From Ruditapes philippinarum (taxonomy: Eukaryota), in contig NW_026862419.1 in assembly GCF_026571515.1 (NCBI RefSeq), positions 1-64,000 of the forward strand: DNA of 64,000 nt, read 5' to 3'. Under the pieces are notes generated by a model, which did no database searches, was not told where the DNA came from, and saw nothing but the letters and a program-made list of their open reading frames with translations. The stretch's first letter is position 1, and every line of letters begins with the position of its first letter. The position numbers and the translations under genes are program-made. Positions 37,401-47,500 of this stretch are shown here, in pieces.

Positions 37401-40163
37401 TCTCTGGAACATCTAAAATATATGTAAGCATGCTCTAACTTAAGCCTTTTCTTGAAAAATGTTTGCTTTGCATAACACCCGTAAGAACATACATGTGATT
37501 CCTGCAAGTGACACCAAAGCTTGACTCTTACATCCCAATAATTTCTTTTGGCATGAAACTTTAAATGATATCCGCGAACTTCAAGCTGCTACAGTACTGC
37601 TAATAGTTATTTTCATAGGGTTGTTATTTGTAAATCAGATTTCAAAAACTGTATTATTTCTATTCGAGATAAAACTTTACTCATGTACGTCAATATAGCA
37701 AAAAACTATTATGCTACCTTTGTTGATGTTTTATTGTCATTATTTAAGTATCAAGACATTATGTGAAATACAGTACATTTCTTATTCATATTTAGTGTTT
37801 GCTGCTTGCTCCAGCAATTGTCAAAGAGGTAGAAGCAGGGGCAGATCCAAATGAAGCATGCAAAGATCTCAAACTCTGTACAGGTAGTGCTCTCCCCCAA
37901 CCTTGTAAAAATACACTTAGTGAAAAATATACCTTTATTATGTACCTTTAATTTACAATCTCTATAGCAAATTCACACTTTATTATAATATGTGTATGTT
38001 CCGAGAGAATACTTCCCAATTAAGAAATAAAAATTATCTCTTTTACTCTGTATGTAAAGATCAAGTATACATATATATGATAGATCTGCTTGCAAACTTT
38101 GGTTGAATGATTAAACTATACAAGCTTCTTACATTAAACCTAAATACACATGAACATACTTACTCCAAATGCTTTTTACAGCATACATGAGTGAAATATT
38201 TAACCCAATTCCAAAATTGTTCAACTCAATGCTTGTCGATATCATTATTTTTATTAATACCATCAATAGCAATAATAATTTTCAACACAGTTGTAAGATT
38301 GAATTCCGTCCGGCCAGAGGCTTAGAAATCTCTATTATTTTTGGAAGATATCAGGCTAGGTGATTCGAACAGCTTATAAACTTGGAAAACATGATGCCCG
38401 GTATATATGCAGTAAAATTCCTAGATAACATCGACGCCGCCATGTTACAGTGTAACTTTCTACATCCGTTTGAATAAGTCACTGCCTATAAACATAAAAA
38501 TAAATCTGACTCAAATATTTCCAGCTAAAACCCCTTGTTGTAAAACGTTCTTGGTTTGATCCTGAGGGCTAAGGTGAAGGAAATAATTAAGTGTTGACGA
38601 CTGATGTAAGAGAATTAAAATAATACTGGTTTTAACATATTTATATTCATGATACATACACTTGTTGATAATATACACATTAAAGCATAAAGGAATTGAA
38701 CCTAGAGCTGGAACAGTTCATGGTAGTTCTCTCCTTTCAAAAATAATCAGTTCAAAAGCAAACATTTCAATATATCACAAAAAGCATAGGGCTGGACAGA
38801 GAGAATAATGACTTTCTATGTTTTGTGTTACTTTTGTATTCAAGAGTGTTGACATAAAATATATATATAGAACTGTGCATTTAATATGTTTAAAGTTGTC
38901 GAATATCTTTTTATTAAGGCACGTCTCCTGGCAATGTCAATGTTCATCTAGAAGCAAGAAATGGGCCATTAGATTGTGGCTTGTGTATGCAATCTCTGAC
39001 AGCCGTTTTCGACAATCTATCAAGTGATTATGTAAGTCAAATTAACTTCACTAAAATTAGTTTTGTTTGTTTGTTTGTTTGATTGGGTTTTACGTCACAC
39101 CGACACAGTATAGGTCATATGACGACGTTCCAGCATTACTGGTGGAGGAAGGCCTCAGAACCACCGACGTTCCGTAAGCTAGCTGAATAGCTTCCCCACA
39201 TGTAAGAATCCAAAGTCCAAAAACCGGTCGGGATCAGAACCCTCAGCGGTGAGGGGCAAGTGGTTTGAAGTCAATGACTTCAACCACTCGGCCACGGTCG
39301 CCCACACTTAAATTAGAAGCTCGCGAATATTTCTACACGTACAGTATATGAAACATATTAATTGACATATATTTCATGCCAAAAGAATAATTTCTTGCTT
39401 TAATTGTGTATTTTGAAGTGTCATTTTAAGATTGTGCATAACCTTGAAGAGCTTGATAATATAATTTTATAACAATTATTTACGTTGTAGTGTAAAACGA
39501 TGACGGTACAAAATAAGGGTACCACAGTTATGTACTTTTTCGTAACAGAACTGTTTTGTTGTCGATAATGTGTCATGCAGTCCGACAGCTTGTGTTAACT
39601 TAACAGCATTGGTAAAATAAAATTGTGAGGAAACATTTAATATTGCTTAAAGGAATATCATATTTACTCGTAATAAAGGTACCAAATGAATTGTCTAATA
39701 ATTTACTTTACCCAGGTATGTGTTTCATTTACATAAAAGTAACGTTGTAAAATTTATGAAATGAACATTTTTATTAACTTTTCAGGTGAAAGTTGAAAGG
39801 ACGCTTCTTCACGTTTGCAGCTCATTACCAGAAATATTCAAGAAACCGGTAAACTTGCACATTCCTTTCTATTCAGAAGATTCTATAATGAAAGACATAA
39901 TAATAAAAGAAAGCCGTAACAAAGCACATCATTCTTCTAACAATCTTAAGACAATGGACCTTTCAATATCTATCTCAACTGTTTCATAACTGTTTGTTTA
40001 CGTTATTTATTTATTTATTTTACTTTTTTTTCAGTGTGAAACCCTTGTGAAAAGTGATAATGGAAAGGCTTTTAAAAAGGTGATGAGACGGTACACGCCG
40101 GTATCCTTATGTGAACTAGCAAACTGCCGGGAGAACGTAGGTTGGAGGTTGGGCAATAATTGA
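4428..40163 (+). CDS. Giant multi-exon secreted poly-saposin-B (saposin-like protein, SAPLIP) gene; at least 47 coding exons, ~5.15 kb CDS
   Basis: Chain of GT-AG bounded exons with compatible phases from ATG 4428 to TGA 40161-40163, with one phase break between 8161 and 10729. Repeated CxxC...C...C...P..CxxxxxC saposin-B pattern. AATAAA at 40207 and 40542. Confidence 0.9.
5233..7160 (+). CDS. Saposin-B domain 1 plus acidic linker (exons 5233-5324, 6294-6416, 7056-7160)
   Basis: CEVCHLLVGEVQDLLTTQQTQ|GSISSYVNDACAKLPSEEKDVCNSFLKEHSGSLFNKLIKDL|TPHEFCQSLTDVCPSNNEQPEPEVEQEEETENPSG; six Cys; AG/GT ends. Confidence 0.88.
7487..8161 (+). CDS. Saposin-B domain 2 (exons 7487-7624, 8074-8161)
   Basis: NPLECELCKLAVLGIDKIIKQNRSSAAINDTLEKFCNDLPDQIKDV|CIKIEPLILKGLTNGFEPGVVCKFATLCS. 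Confidence 0.9.
8807..10073 (+). mobile_element. Decayed Tc1/mariner (mariner-like) DNA transposon in a poly-saposin intron, ~1.27 kb
   Basis: Left end TA|CGAGGGGTGTTCAAATAT and right end ATATTTGAACACCC..TTCG. Frameshifted transposase remnants RWIPHLLT (WVPHEL motif), IITGNELWVHFYEPK (IVTGDE motif), YPPNS...FAP*DF (YSPDLAP motif) and terminal GGEYFE. Confidence 0.9.
10729..10821 (+). CDS. Poly-saposin exon: C-terminal part of a shortened saposin-like module plus linker
   Basis: ttttgcag|DSESICASQKSCLKESELQRKQESESKPEVK|gtatgt; CxxxxxC motif; 93 nt, phase 0-0. Confidence 0.7.
12507..12597 (+). CDS. Saposin-B domain 3, C-terminal half only (partner exon not found)
   Basis: tttcag|CLNVEPDILKAILGGIDPTKACDFLKLCND|gtaaga, clearly homologous to the other second-half exons. 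Confidence 0.85.
13308..14227 (+). CDS. Four-Cys mini-saposin module plus acidic linker (exons 13308-13384, 14093-14227)
   Basis: GGKVPISSQYIPCDVCKETLESMAGE|IGIGICYQFKDVCGYEETQTEMHENLKLIPKIDYTLDEEESENLK; phases 1-0-0 fit both neighbours. Confidence 0.8.
14590..14710 (+). mobile_element. 3' fragment of the tRNA-derived SINE family seen at 42308
   Basis: gtggttcta..caggtgcc...ggcacctaaggtcttcct...gccatatg...gtcggtgcaacgtaaaa matches the 42.3 kb copy. Confidence 0.7.
15021..15888 (+). CDS. Saposin-B domain 4 (exons 15021-15158, 15801-15888)
   Basis: EDAKCEICKYIIQLLNEAVGTNASIAQVNNTLFEICSYLPDNIKSL|CPLFIPSLEKALADGLDPTNTCIASNFCQ. Confidence 0.9.
15960..16880. mobile_element. Two apparently nested hairpin-bearing non-autonomous elements (outer from ~15960, inner ~16266-16628)
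   Basis: Both begin AGAGGATATT and open with a long imperfect inverted repeat (~15968-16083 and 16266-16417). No ORF. Family assignment (possibly Crypton-like) is uncertain. Confidence 0.55.
17094..17704 (+). CDS. Shortened five-Cys saposin-like module plus linker with furin site RHRR (exons 17094-17185, 17537-17704)
   Basis: KTESAFVSIEDLKCTVCAQIVETLPGVESFR|KSLSFDNNNNLTCMLDQVKNGICNNVCHNRHRRSADTESSLLYQAEDAMKSAKSGL. Confidence 0.82.
18974..20939 (+). CDS. Saposin-B domain 5 and linker mini-exons (18974-19117, 19781-19883, 20365-20399, 20892-20939)
   Basis: KGLAECEICKVFIRSLDGLAGENASIETVNNTVYEICTRLTGIQLQQA|CLQKAPELTVILKKGLDPEKTCVSAKFCTEHEHE|VKIQKRAVHEEE|ESILMKAIREKERHNV. Confidence 0.85.
22098..24338 (+). 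CDS. Saposin-B domain 6 and linker exons (22098-22238, 23038-23131, 23740-23804, 24282-24338)
   Basis: GDVACDLCEGVIEILDNLLEDNATDEKINQTLYNLCSGLPSGAFQDL|CMQIVPTIMTAVDNGFDPQTICTDVGLCTGR|SKVGSRLPLRKKHMPEKSVNEN|EESILLDTIVARRMAQQSV. Confidence 0.9.
22420..22718 (+). mobile_element. Diverged tRNA-derived SINE (second family)
   Basis: tRNA-like head with B box GGTTCGATTCC (~22473-22483), a body, and an A/AC-rich tail (aactaccaacaaaaaacaagcaac). Confidence 0.6.
24761..26399 (+). CDS. Saposin-B domain 7 and linker exons (24761-24901, 25471-25564, 25936-25997, 26343-26399); duplicate of the domain 6 module
   Basis: GGIACDLCEGVIEILDNLLEENATDEKINQTLYNLCSGLPSGAFQDL|CMQIIPTIMTAVENGFDPETVCTAAGLCTGK|SKMRSMTLEKKHLHDENINNN|EESTLLDTNVGKENTQRNL. 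Confidence 0.9.
27047..28036 (+). CDS. Saposin-B domain 8 (exons 27047-27184, 27908-28036)
   Basis: KDLKCEVCKAVIEELDSLVKQNASIEKINETLYDVCNQLPGALQDL|CLQAAPQILNALMNGVDPSEACGSLGLCSSEAGITDTTEKSFD. Confidence 0.92.
28318..28971 (+). CDS. Saposin-B domain 9 (exons 28318-28461, 28878-28971)
   Basis: NVEDVKCEICTLLVQGLDEILRGNASVAQINATIFNLCGDLPGSAKSF|CVMVAPVIVKELQGGADPKVACAVLKLCASK. Confidence 0.92.
30375..33781 (+). CDS. Saposin-B domains 10-12, near-identical repeats (exons 30375-30547, 30744-30837; 31720-31892, 32138-32231; 33282-33454, 33688-33781)
   Basis: APVQEESAKDNVGDIKCDICELIIKEIDTIVGQNASAEKINATIYNLCSQLPGTAAKY|CVMVAPTIVKAVESGVDPQSACTVLKLCDNS and two close variants; 173+94 nt exon pairs. Confidence 0.92.
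30813..33861 (+). repeat. Recent ~1.5 kb tandem duplication (~30813-32308 copied as ~32348-33861), including intron sequence and a SINE fragment
   Basis: Introns align at high identity, e.g. 31130-31480 versus 32695-33045. An exon-end remnant (ctatgtgacagctcggtat) sits at ~32357-32375. Confidence 0.9.
34060..36468 (+). CDS. Saposin-B domains 13-15 (exons 34060-34226, 34611-34704; 34926-35092, 35425-35518; 35752-35918, 36375-36468)
   Basis: 167+94 nt exon pairs; DIKCDICELII(K/R)E.D.IVG.N(A/T)SA(D/E)KINATIYNLCSQLPGTAAKY|C..VAPTI......GVDP..AC..L.LC. Confidence 0.92.
34395..34663 (+). repeat. Near-perfect ~135 bp tandem duplication spanning a splice acceptor and the first ~54 nt of an exon
   Basis: actggtcattaatattgac...ggagtagatcc occurs at 34395-34529 and 34530-34663, differing by one substitution and one T. 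Confidence 0.9.
37131..37215. repeat. Small inverted repeat (mini-MITE-like)
   Basis: atatcggtcaccttagtgcagtaac ... gttattgcactaaggtgacgatat. Confidence 0.65.
37269..37883 (+). CDS. Saposin-B domain 16 (exons 37269-37423, 37796-37883)
   Basis: ETRNNVGDIKCEICELAVRKLDELIGQNASKDKINSTMYQICNDLSGTSKIY|CLLLAPAIVKEVEAGADPNEACKDLKLCT. Confidence 0.92.
38919..40163 (+). CDS. Terminal saposin-B domain 17 and stop (exons 38919-39031, 39786-39848, 40035-40163)
   Basis: GTSPGNVNVHLEARNGPLDCGLCMQSLTAVFDNLSSDY|VKVERTLLHVCSSLPEIFKKP|CETLVKSDNGKAFKKVMRRYTPVSLCELANCRENVGWRLGNN*. Confidence 0.88.
39060..39303 (-). mobile_element. tRNA-derived SINE, same family as 42308, with an internal deletion
   Basis: The reverse complement reads gggcgaccgtggccgagtggttgaagtcattgacttcaaaccacttgcccctcaccgct... 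and ends in an (AAAC)n tail. Confidence 0.88.
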
Positions 40164-40206
40164 TCATAGAAACTAACGTTATTGATAAAATATCAAGACA
40201 TAAAAC

Positions 40207-40212
40207 AATAAA
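40207..40212 (+). terminator. Candidate polyadenylation signal of the poly-saposin gene (alternative at 40542-40547)
   Basis: AATAAA about 44 nt after the stop; weak evidence in AT-rich DNA. Confidence 0.35.
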
Positions 40213-42307
40213 ATCTTCCAAGTTATTAAATTTATTCAAGCGGATACTTAATCTAATGCTGTTACAAAAGTTTACGATTTATGTAATATGGTGAAATATT
40301 ATGACATTGGTAGTCACGCGATTAATTCAATATGTTATTTTTGAATAGTTTTAATAAGTATATAAGTGGGCAGTTTGGCTGATGATGTGCAAAACAATTT
40401 TTGCTATTTGTGTAATACATGAAAACGTTTTATGTTATACTAAAGTAATTAATATGAAGTTAATTCAGCTCACATAGCAAATTGTATCATGTTTCATCAT
40501 GTAAAATTAATGAAGTATACTGTATCATTACGTCATTCGATAATAAATTTGTCATAATACAAGAGAAACATGAGTTGCTTTTCTTCTGCTTATTTTGCCT
40601 TCAATTTCCAGTAATTCATGTTACTTATTGTATATATATGCATTAATCACTTAATGTGTTACACTCTGTCATCCAATCGCATCGTTTCGGCCCTTTCGGT
40701 CAAACTTCGGATAAGGACCTCGAGCACCATAGTGAGGTTTCGTATTTCGGTATAACCAACGCTAAACAAAACAAAACTCGTAAGTTATGTTTACTAAACA
40801 TAGTAAACAAATAGTGATTTAATGACTATTATTTTTGCGTCAAGAAAACGACCCATTTTCCTGAAAAGAAACAAAAGAAAAGAAACGAATAACGAAGGTA
40901 CTCTTATAGATTACAGTTCCCAATGAAATAATATTATAAAGCGGAAAATAAGTTTAGTGATCTTTTTATGTGTATAACCATTTTCATGAAGCAATCTTTG
41001 TGCATTATGAGTTATGCATGTCCCTTCAGTGCGTTAAGATTTGCTTAACTTTCTTTAAAACCATTCAAAGAGTTACAGATTAGGCAAAAATTAAGGAAAA
41101 ATATACATTTACCCATAATTACGAGTGTGGGCGTGAAGTGAACTATGATGATGTTATGCAAAGACGTTTCTTGATGTGGAACATAAATATGCAAAGTTTT
41201 CTTTGAGCTTCTTCAAATAGTTTATCACTAACTTTCTTACAGCGTCATGACAAAGTGGTTACGTCACATGTTTATAATGATTAGTCACATGTCTAAATAT
41301 AGAACGGTAACAGTGATTTTATTGCATAATAACACACACTTTCGATTCTTCTATGTTCAATAGGGAAAAATGGGTGTCGTGTTAGAATATACTATAATGC
41401 ACGAAGAATTAATATCAATTTCCATTCTAACACGTCAAAAAGATATATACTTGGACTATATGTTAAGTGGTTAAATTTGTTTTCGCCTCAGAGTTTCCGA
41501 TAGAAACGTTCTTTAAAGGCTGTTTCAGTCGGTTGAAAAAGACTGTTGTTAAGTCTACCGTTGGCAGAATCATTTACAGAATGATGAAGTTTGAAAACGC
41601 AAACATGACGTCAATAAATCAAAATAAGCATGGACCTTCCACCATATCTACGTATTTTCAATACATTTCGTACTATCTCTATCTATATGGATACTGTGTT
41701 ATTCAAGCTCGCCTCGAGAAAATGTTTCTATTTCGGATGATAGTTTTTATTACAGAATGATATACCAAAGAATACAGTAAAGAGTGCTTTATGAAATTGA
41801 TCCGTAATTATGTTGCTAATTTTTGATGTCATGCACATATGGATCTCTTCAACACATATGGAGCTCAAATACAATTTTGAGCAGCGATTCCTTCGTTTGT
41901 AGCCAAAGCTCAATATATGTTTTTCAATGAATATTTGTTTGAATGTAAAGTATCGTTCCGTGGTGTGATTTTGTAAAATCTGTATTTTGAGTCCGTTTAG
42001 TGACAATTGTTCATAGCATTGCATGTTTTGGACACACCAGAACCTACGACGGAAAGAATATCTCGATGAAGACTGCATAGAAACCCAATACAAAATGGGT
42101 AATATAGAGGAGAGTCAGGAGGGTAGAGTCGCATTTCGTTTTGTTTTTTTTTCTTTAAAAAAAGGTTTGAATTTTATATAACTGTTTAAAATGTTGAAAA
42201 CTAACCCTGCGATTGACCTAATTTCAATGTCACATTTGGTGTTATGCTTCATATTTGGAGCAGCGGAAATTCACATATACTTTTTACCGATGCTCATTTT
42301 TGAGATT

Positions 42308-42599
42308 GGGGCGTCCGTGGCCGAGTGGTTAAGGTCGTTGACTTCAAATCACTTGCCCCTCACCGCTGTGGGTTCGAATCCCGACAGGGTTTTTGGATTC
42401 TTTCATGTGAGGAAGCTATCCAGCTAGCTTACGGAACGTCGGTGGTTCTACTCAGGTGCCCGTTCGTGCCTGAAATAATGCACGGGCACGGAAGGGCACA
42501 TGAGGTCTTCCTCCACCAGTAAAGCTGGAACGTCGCGATATGACATATACTGTGTCGATGTGACGTAAATCCCAAAACAAACAAAAACAAAACAAAAAA
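42308..42599 (+). mobile_element. Full-length tRNA-derived SINE with target-site duplication
   Basis: A box (TGGCCGAGTGG), B box (GGTTCGAATCC), body, (AAAC)-rich tail; TTTTGAGAT flanks both sides. Confidence 0.92.
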
Positions 42600-44324
42600 T
42601 TTTGAGATCCATATGGGGTTCTGCCCCGTGTTTACTCCGATGTGAATATAATTGTGCATTATTGAGCATTTTTCAATTGCTTATCATGATTGTCAGACAT
42701 ATGTTCGAATTTTACCGAAATAATCTTTATTTTACTTTGGATGTCAAATATATACAATTGTTATAATTATCAAAGATTACACACTTTTTTGTTTGTTTTT
42801 TGTTTGTTTTTTGTTAACATCTAAAACCATGTCGGGGAACTACTGTCAATCTGTAGTAAGTCCGAGGTTATTATTGATAATAGCCGAGATTTTCCGATTG
42901 TCTGTCATCTTGAGAATGTTAAAAACATTTAGCTCTGTGTGACATTGGACATAACATTTTAGACTGGTGAATACAATGAAATTTGCAGACTTGGATTAAT
43001 CAACAATAATTAAACAACAATATTTTAAATATAGGCTAACTCTCACGTTCAATATTATTCATTTCCTTACTGAATACATTATTTGTTTCCTGCATGGATA
43101 ATTATTTTACAACATCCTTTACTTGAAAAAAATGTTTGTTCTTTTATTCCTTATGACTTGTCTTGTTTATTCCCATGGGAATGTCAATTATTGACGTTAA
43201 ATATTCCATTAGTAGCTTTTCTTTAGAAAACAAATATTTCATCTTTGATCTACATTAAACGAACAAATATGAACAGAAATGTAATTATCGTAGTAGTATA
43301 GTACTCTTAAATTTCAATAATATATCGATTTCAGCAATTATAATTTTTCAAGGGAAAAGCAGATGTTTCGGTACTGAGCGACATGCAAATGCTTAAAAGT
43401 CATAAGCGCTTAAAGTTTTGTGGGTTACACAATATAGCAACGTTTTAGATGTAATCCAATAAGCTTGAACATGTCCATGGCAACGTATTCTCTTTACGGT
43501 AGCTGTTTCTTAGTAAATACTAATGTATCACCATCACAAGAAAAGCTTGCGATAAAAGATCATGTCACATAGCTTAAAGTAACCATTCTCCTGCACACCA
43601 GTTGTTGCCAGGAGGATGAAAATATGGATTCTCCTTGATGTTTGTTTTGTTTTTTATTGTTTTCTTTTTTTGGGTGATGATTTGTCCTTGTAAAATCACA
43701 CATCGAGATTAATAAAAATCAATATACAGTAAAATATTACAGAAGAATTGATAGAATTATAAAATCGATATACATATGAAGGTAAGACTGCCATATAGTT
43801 GCATGAGAGGATCACACTAGAGTCCAGAGTTGTTAAGAAAAAAATATTTTAGGAATTTGATTGGTCGGAAACCTTCGAAGAATTTACACTGACCAATAAA
43901 AATCCTGATATTTTAAACAGCATTCAGAACAACGATTTATAACCTTGACACCTGCACACTCTTTACTCTGAGCTACAATTGGGATTATCACTATCCTACC
44001 TTTTCCTCTCTGTTTTGTTTTTGTTGTTGCTTTTTAGCAGACGGATACATAGATTAAATGTTCCAAATGTTTTAAACAGTTTTTGTTCCAGATATAAAAC
44101 TATCAGGAACATGTTATTTATCAATTCAAAAATATTTAGCTGGTAAAATTAACGATAAGATAGGAATTAATATGAAATAGACGAGACAGAATCGTATTCA
44201 TAAATTATTTACGGAATATATTAAATTTTGGTAATGAACGTTAAATGAAATGAAGCTACAGTTATTTAAAATAATTTAATAACAGATTCATCATTTACTA
44301 TCGCTGTGTCAACAGCTATGTTCA

Positions 44325-44550
44325 TAGCCCGCTTCGCTATCAGATTTGTGTTCCAGGGGTCGCTGGTCCGATCCTATGGCGTGGCGACAATTGATCTCGG
44401 ATACTGGGCCTAATAGTCAGATGCCTCTTATTACTGATGATTCAGAAGTCATGTGTGTTTAGTAGTCGGAAAAATTGATACTCAAGGAAAGTCGGTAAGG
44501 TGGATAAGCCGACGAGATCAGCGTTAAAACATTCAAACAAAACAAAACAG
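44325..44550 (+). mobile_element. Degenerate SINE-like remnant
   Basis: Eroded tRNA-like head (ggggtcgctggtccgatcct) and a 3' end gcgttaaaac...caaacaaaacaaaac similar to the other SINE tails. Confidence 0.4.
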
Positions 44551-47500
44551 TTTTTAAAATATGTTTAAACAATATATTTCATAATGTATCATACAAGTAC
44601 ATATAAATATTTACAGACAGATTCAAAATTAAAACAGAACTACAACGAATACAGAAATTAATAAGCGTACTTAACATAACATGTTATCTATCAGAATAGA
44701 GGAGAAAGCAAGAAGCTTAAGCCTCGGTTCTGACAATCGTGCGAAGATAAAAAGGTTTTATAATAAGCTATCAAAATAAAGTATATTAAGCTTATTAAAG
44801 TCTTTAAAAAGAAGTACATGTATACAAATAAATTAAGTTCATGTGATTGACTGGATGGCAAGCGTTTGTTTGTTTGTTTCATTTTACGCCTTTTCCCAAC
44901 AGTATTTCAGTCATATAGGCGTGAAGTTTCCTAACCATCGTTCCTGGAGAGTTACACCAGTAGGATTGCAAGCGTCTTAAGCGAGCCTGCACCATTTTCA
45001 ATTTCGTCGTTTTGTGCTAATCAGCCAAAATATCCCTCTAAAAAAGATTGTAACTATGAAAACACATCTTATTCATTAAAAATGCATTGATAAAGTCATC
45101 TACCGAAATCAGCTACTTCTATGACACTAAATTGACAATCATGAATAGTCACACATTAAGCTTTTTGTCTTATACTAGCCTTGAACATGCTTAAACCATT
45201 ATCATATTGGTTTTGTGTTACTTATTTGCCTAGCAGTCCATTATTTTAATATCAAAATACTAATATTTTACTTCCAACTGTATAGGAACTAATCAGACTG
45301 TACATCTCTAGATACATGTGACAAAGGGTTATCACTTCCTGTTTCAGAAATGTATGGGTTGACGTCCATATAAGTATTAATTTATTGTCAGGTAATGAAA
45401 TTTTTAGTAAATTATAATTGTTTAGATGCATTTTATTTGTACGTGTTCCCTTTGTAGAAAAACAACAACAAAACAAACAAACGAGTAAATTATCATGAAC
45501 CTGTCTTGGTTTGATAACAAAATATATATTACATGATAAACGTTTTTATTTTCCTGGTTTTTAAAACATAAATGACAATCTATTTAACCGCATATTTCTT
45601 AAATGCTTTATCATATTATTAAATCAATCTTTTATGGCCTTTATTTACGCTAAAAACAATGTCAACAATGTTTAAACATGGTAGTAAATAATTCATATAC
45701 AAACAATGTCAAATGTTTAACATCATATGTTTGATGTGTTATCGGTACTGTCTAGATTAAACTAGTTATCACAGTATTGAAAATCCTCGGATAGGATAAA
45801 GTATTTTATAAGCATCAATAATTCAGGCATAGTTAGGGTTCAATTTCAAAACCCATCAAACGAACGAATATGGGTTAATCGTGGGTGTAATAAAGAATTT
45901 CACGTTTCAACTTTAAAATTTATATTACCTGAATAGGGGCAATAAAGGCCTATCATAAACAACGAGTTTAATTTGCACCTCGTAAAGTTTCATTGTCGGG
46001 TCAAATGGAGACAGTTCTAACGATTTCGAGGCTTGTGATGATGATAAGGGTCAAATTGCCAGATTTTGGTGTAAAAACTCTCCGCACATAGAGATGGTCA
46101 ATCTGTTAACAGGTCAGTTTCAATATAATGTTATCAACACAATAAAACGTACAACATTGTTTTATAGCTTTGAAATGTTAAATAACTTGGTAAGACAGGG
46201 TAGTGACCTGTTTAAAATCAAGTTATCTATAAAGACATTTAATAATAAAAGGTTATAAAAATTTAAAAAAAATAAAAAACACTTTTTACATGATTAATCT
46301 ACTCAGTTAGATCATCCCTACTGACCTCATAAAACAAATACAGAAACGCGAAATTATCGAAAAAGACGAAACAAATGGGCAAATGCACTTGAGGATATGT
46401 AGAAAAAAGCCCGGAATCGTGCTCTAAGTGCGTTCTATTGCTTTCACGCATTGATCCTTTATTTCATCAATTGTATAACAATGAAAAAAATAACTAAAAT
46501 TCAAAGTGTAGTAATGATAAGTCCATGTGCGGCTTTTCCAGGATGTATTTAGACAATGCATGATCTAATCAAACCTTTTTCTTTAATATATGACCCTTTG
46601 TTGTAGATTTATTTTTTACTAACTTAAAGTGTTTACGAAGAGGGAGGTCTGAATTGCCTTGAGAAGTGAGGCGCAAAATTCCTTATCTCATTATCCTTGT
46701 TGATTTATATTTTCAAATGTCATTTTATAAATGTCATCGCAGTACATAATTGATTTTTGTCTTCGTATGTCTTATTATATAGTACGCATAGATTAAAATT
46801 GACGAAAAAAACACAACATATTAAGCCGAGTTCTAAACTAATCTATCAGCAAACATTTGGTCTCTTTTTACGCGCGCCTTTAACAGATTACGTGCCTTAT
46901 CAGAGGGTTTGATTTGATCTGGAAACACTTAACGCGTAATTATAACTGTATTTTAATATTAAGGCAATGCGTCCGTTATTAAACAAATGGTCGACACGTG
47001 TATTAAAATTTGCACTGAATAGTCAGAAGCGAATATATGACAATGTAAACACGAAACGCTATTTGCATACCGTGTAATGCGGATGTGTCGGAGGTAATGT
47101 TGACATGGTATATTTATAATTAACATAATTCTACCGGTACAATATTAACGCTTAAATCTAGTAATTTGTTATCTTGTTAAAATAGCAGTCTTACACATTC
47201 GTGATGAGTATTCTTTTTATAGGCACTACTTGTAAATAACATTCAAAATGGTGAAATTAATATAGACATTGCAAATAAGTTTCATATTTTTTAAATAAAT
47301 ATTTATGAATTATTATCAAGAACATGCTGTGTAAAAGAAATAAAGTAATATCATTTAGAAAATATAATAGTTATATGTCAATGTATACATACAAAACAAA
47401 TCTATATAATTCATCATTCGTCTCAATATCTCTAAAACATAACGAATTATCATTTTGGAAATTAAATTGTATTTCATGCACATGCATATATCAATGATAA

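Noticed and set aside
4428-40163. Calling the gene PSAP (prosaposin)
   Set aside because: No SapA domains seen and far more SapB domains than prosaposin; orthology cannot be established without phylogeny.
42308-42390. Apparent tRNA gene (also ~22420-22490, ~29115-29180, ~29430-29500, 39220-39303)
   Set aside because: The A/B boxes belong to SINE heads: the clear cases continue into a SINE body and tail, and none shows a convincing cloverleaf.
41467-42669. ORFs of 65-121 aa between the poly-saposin and PKG genes
   Set aside because: No recognisable motifs; several derive from the SINE; composition typical of chance ORFs.
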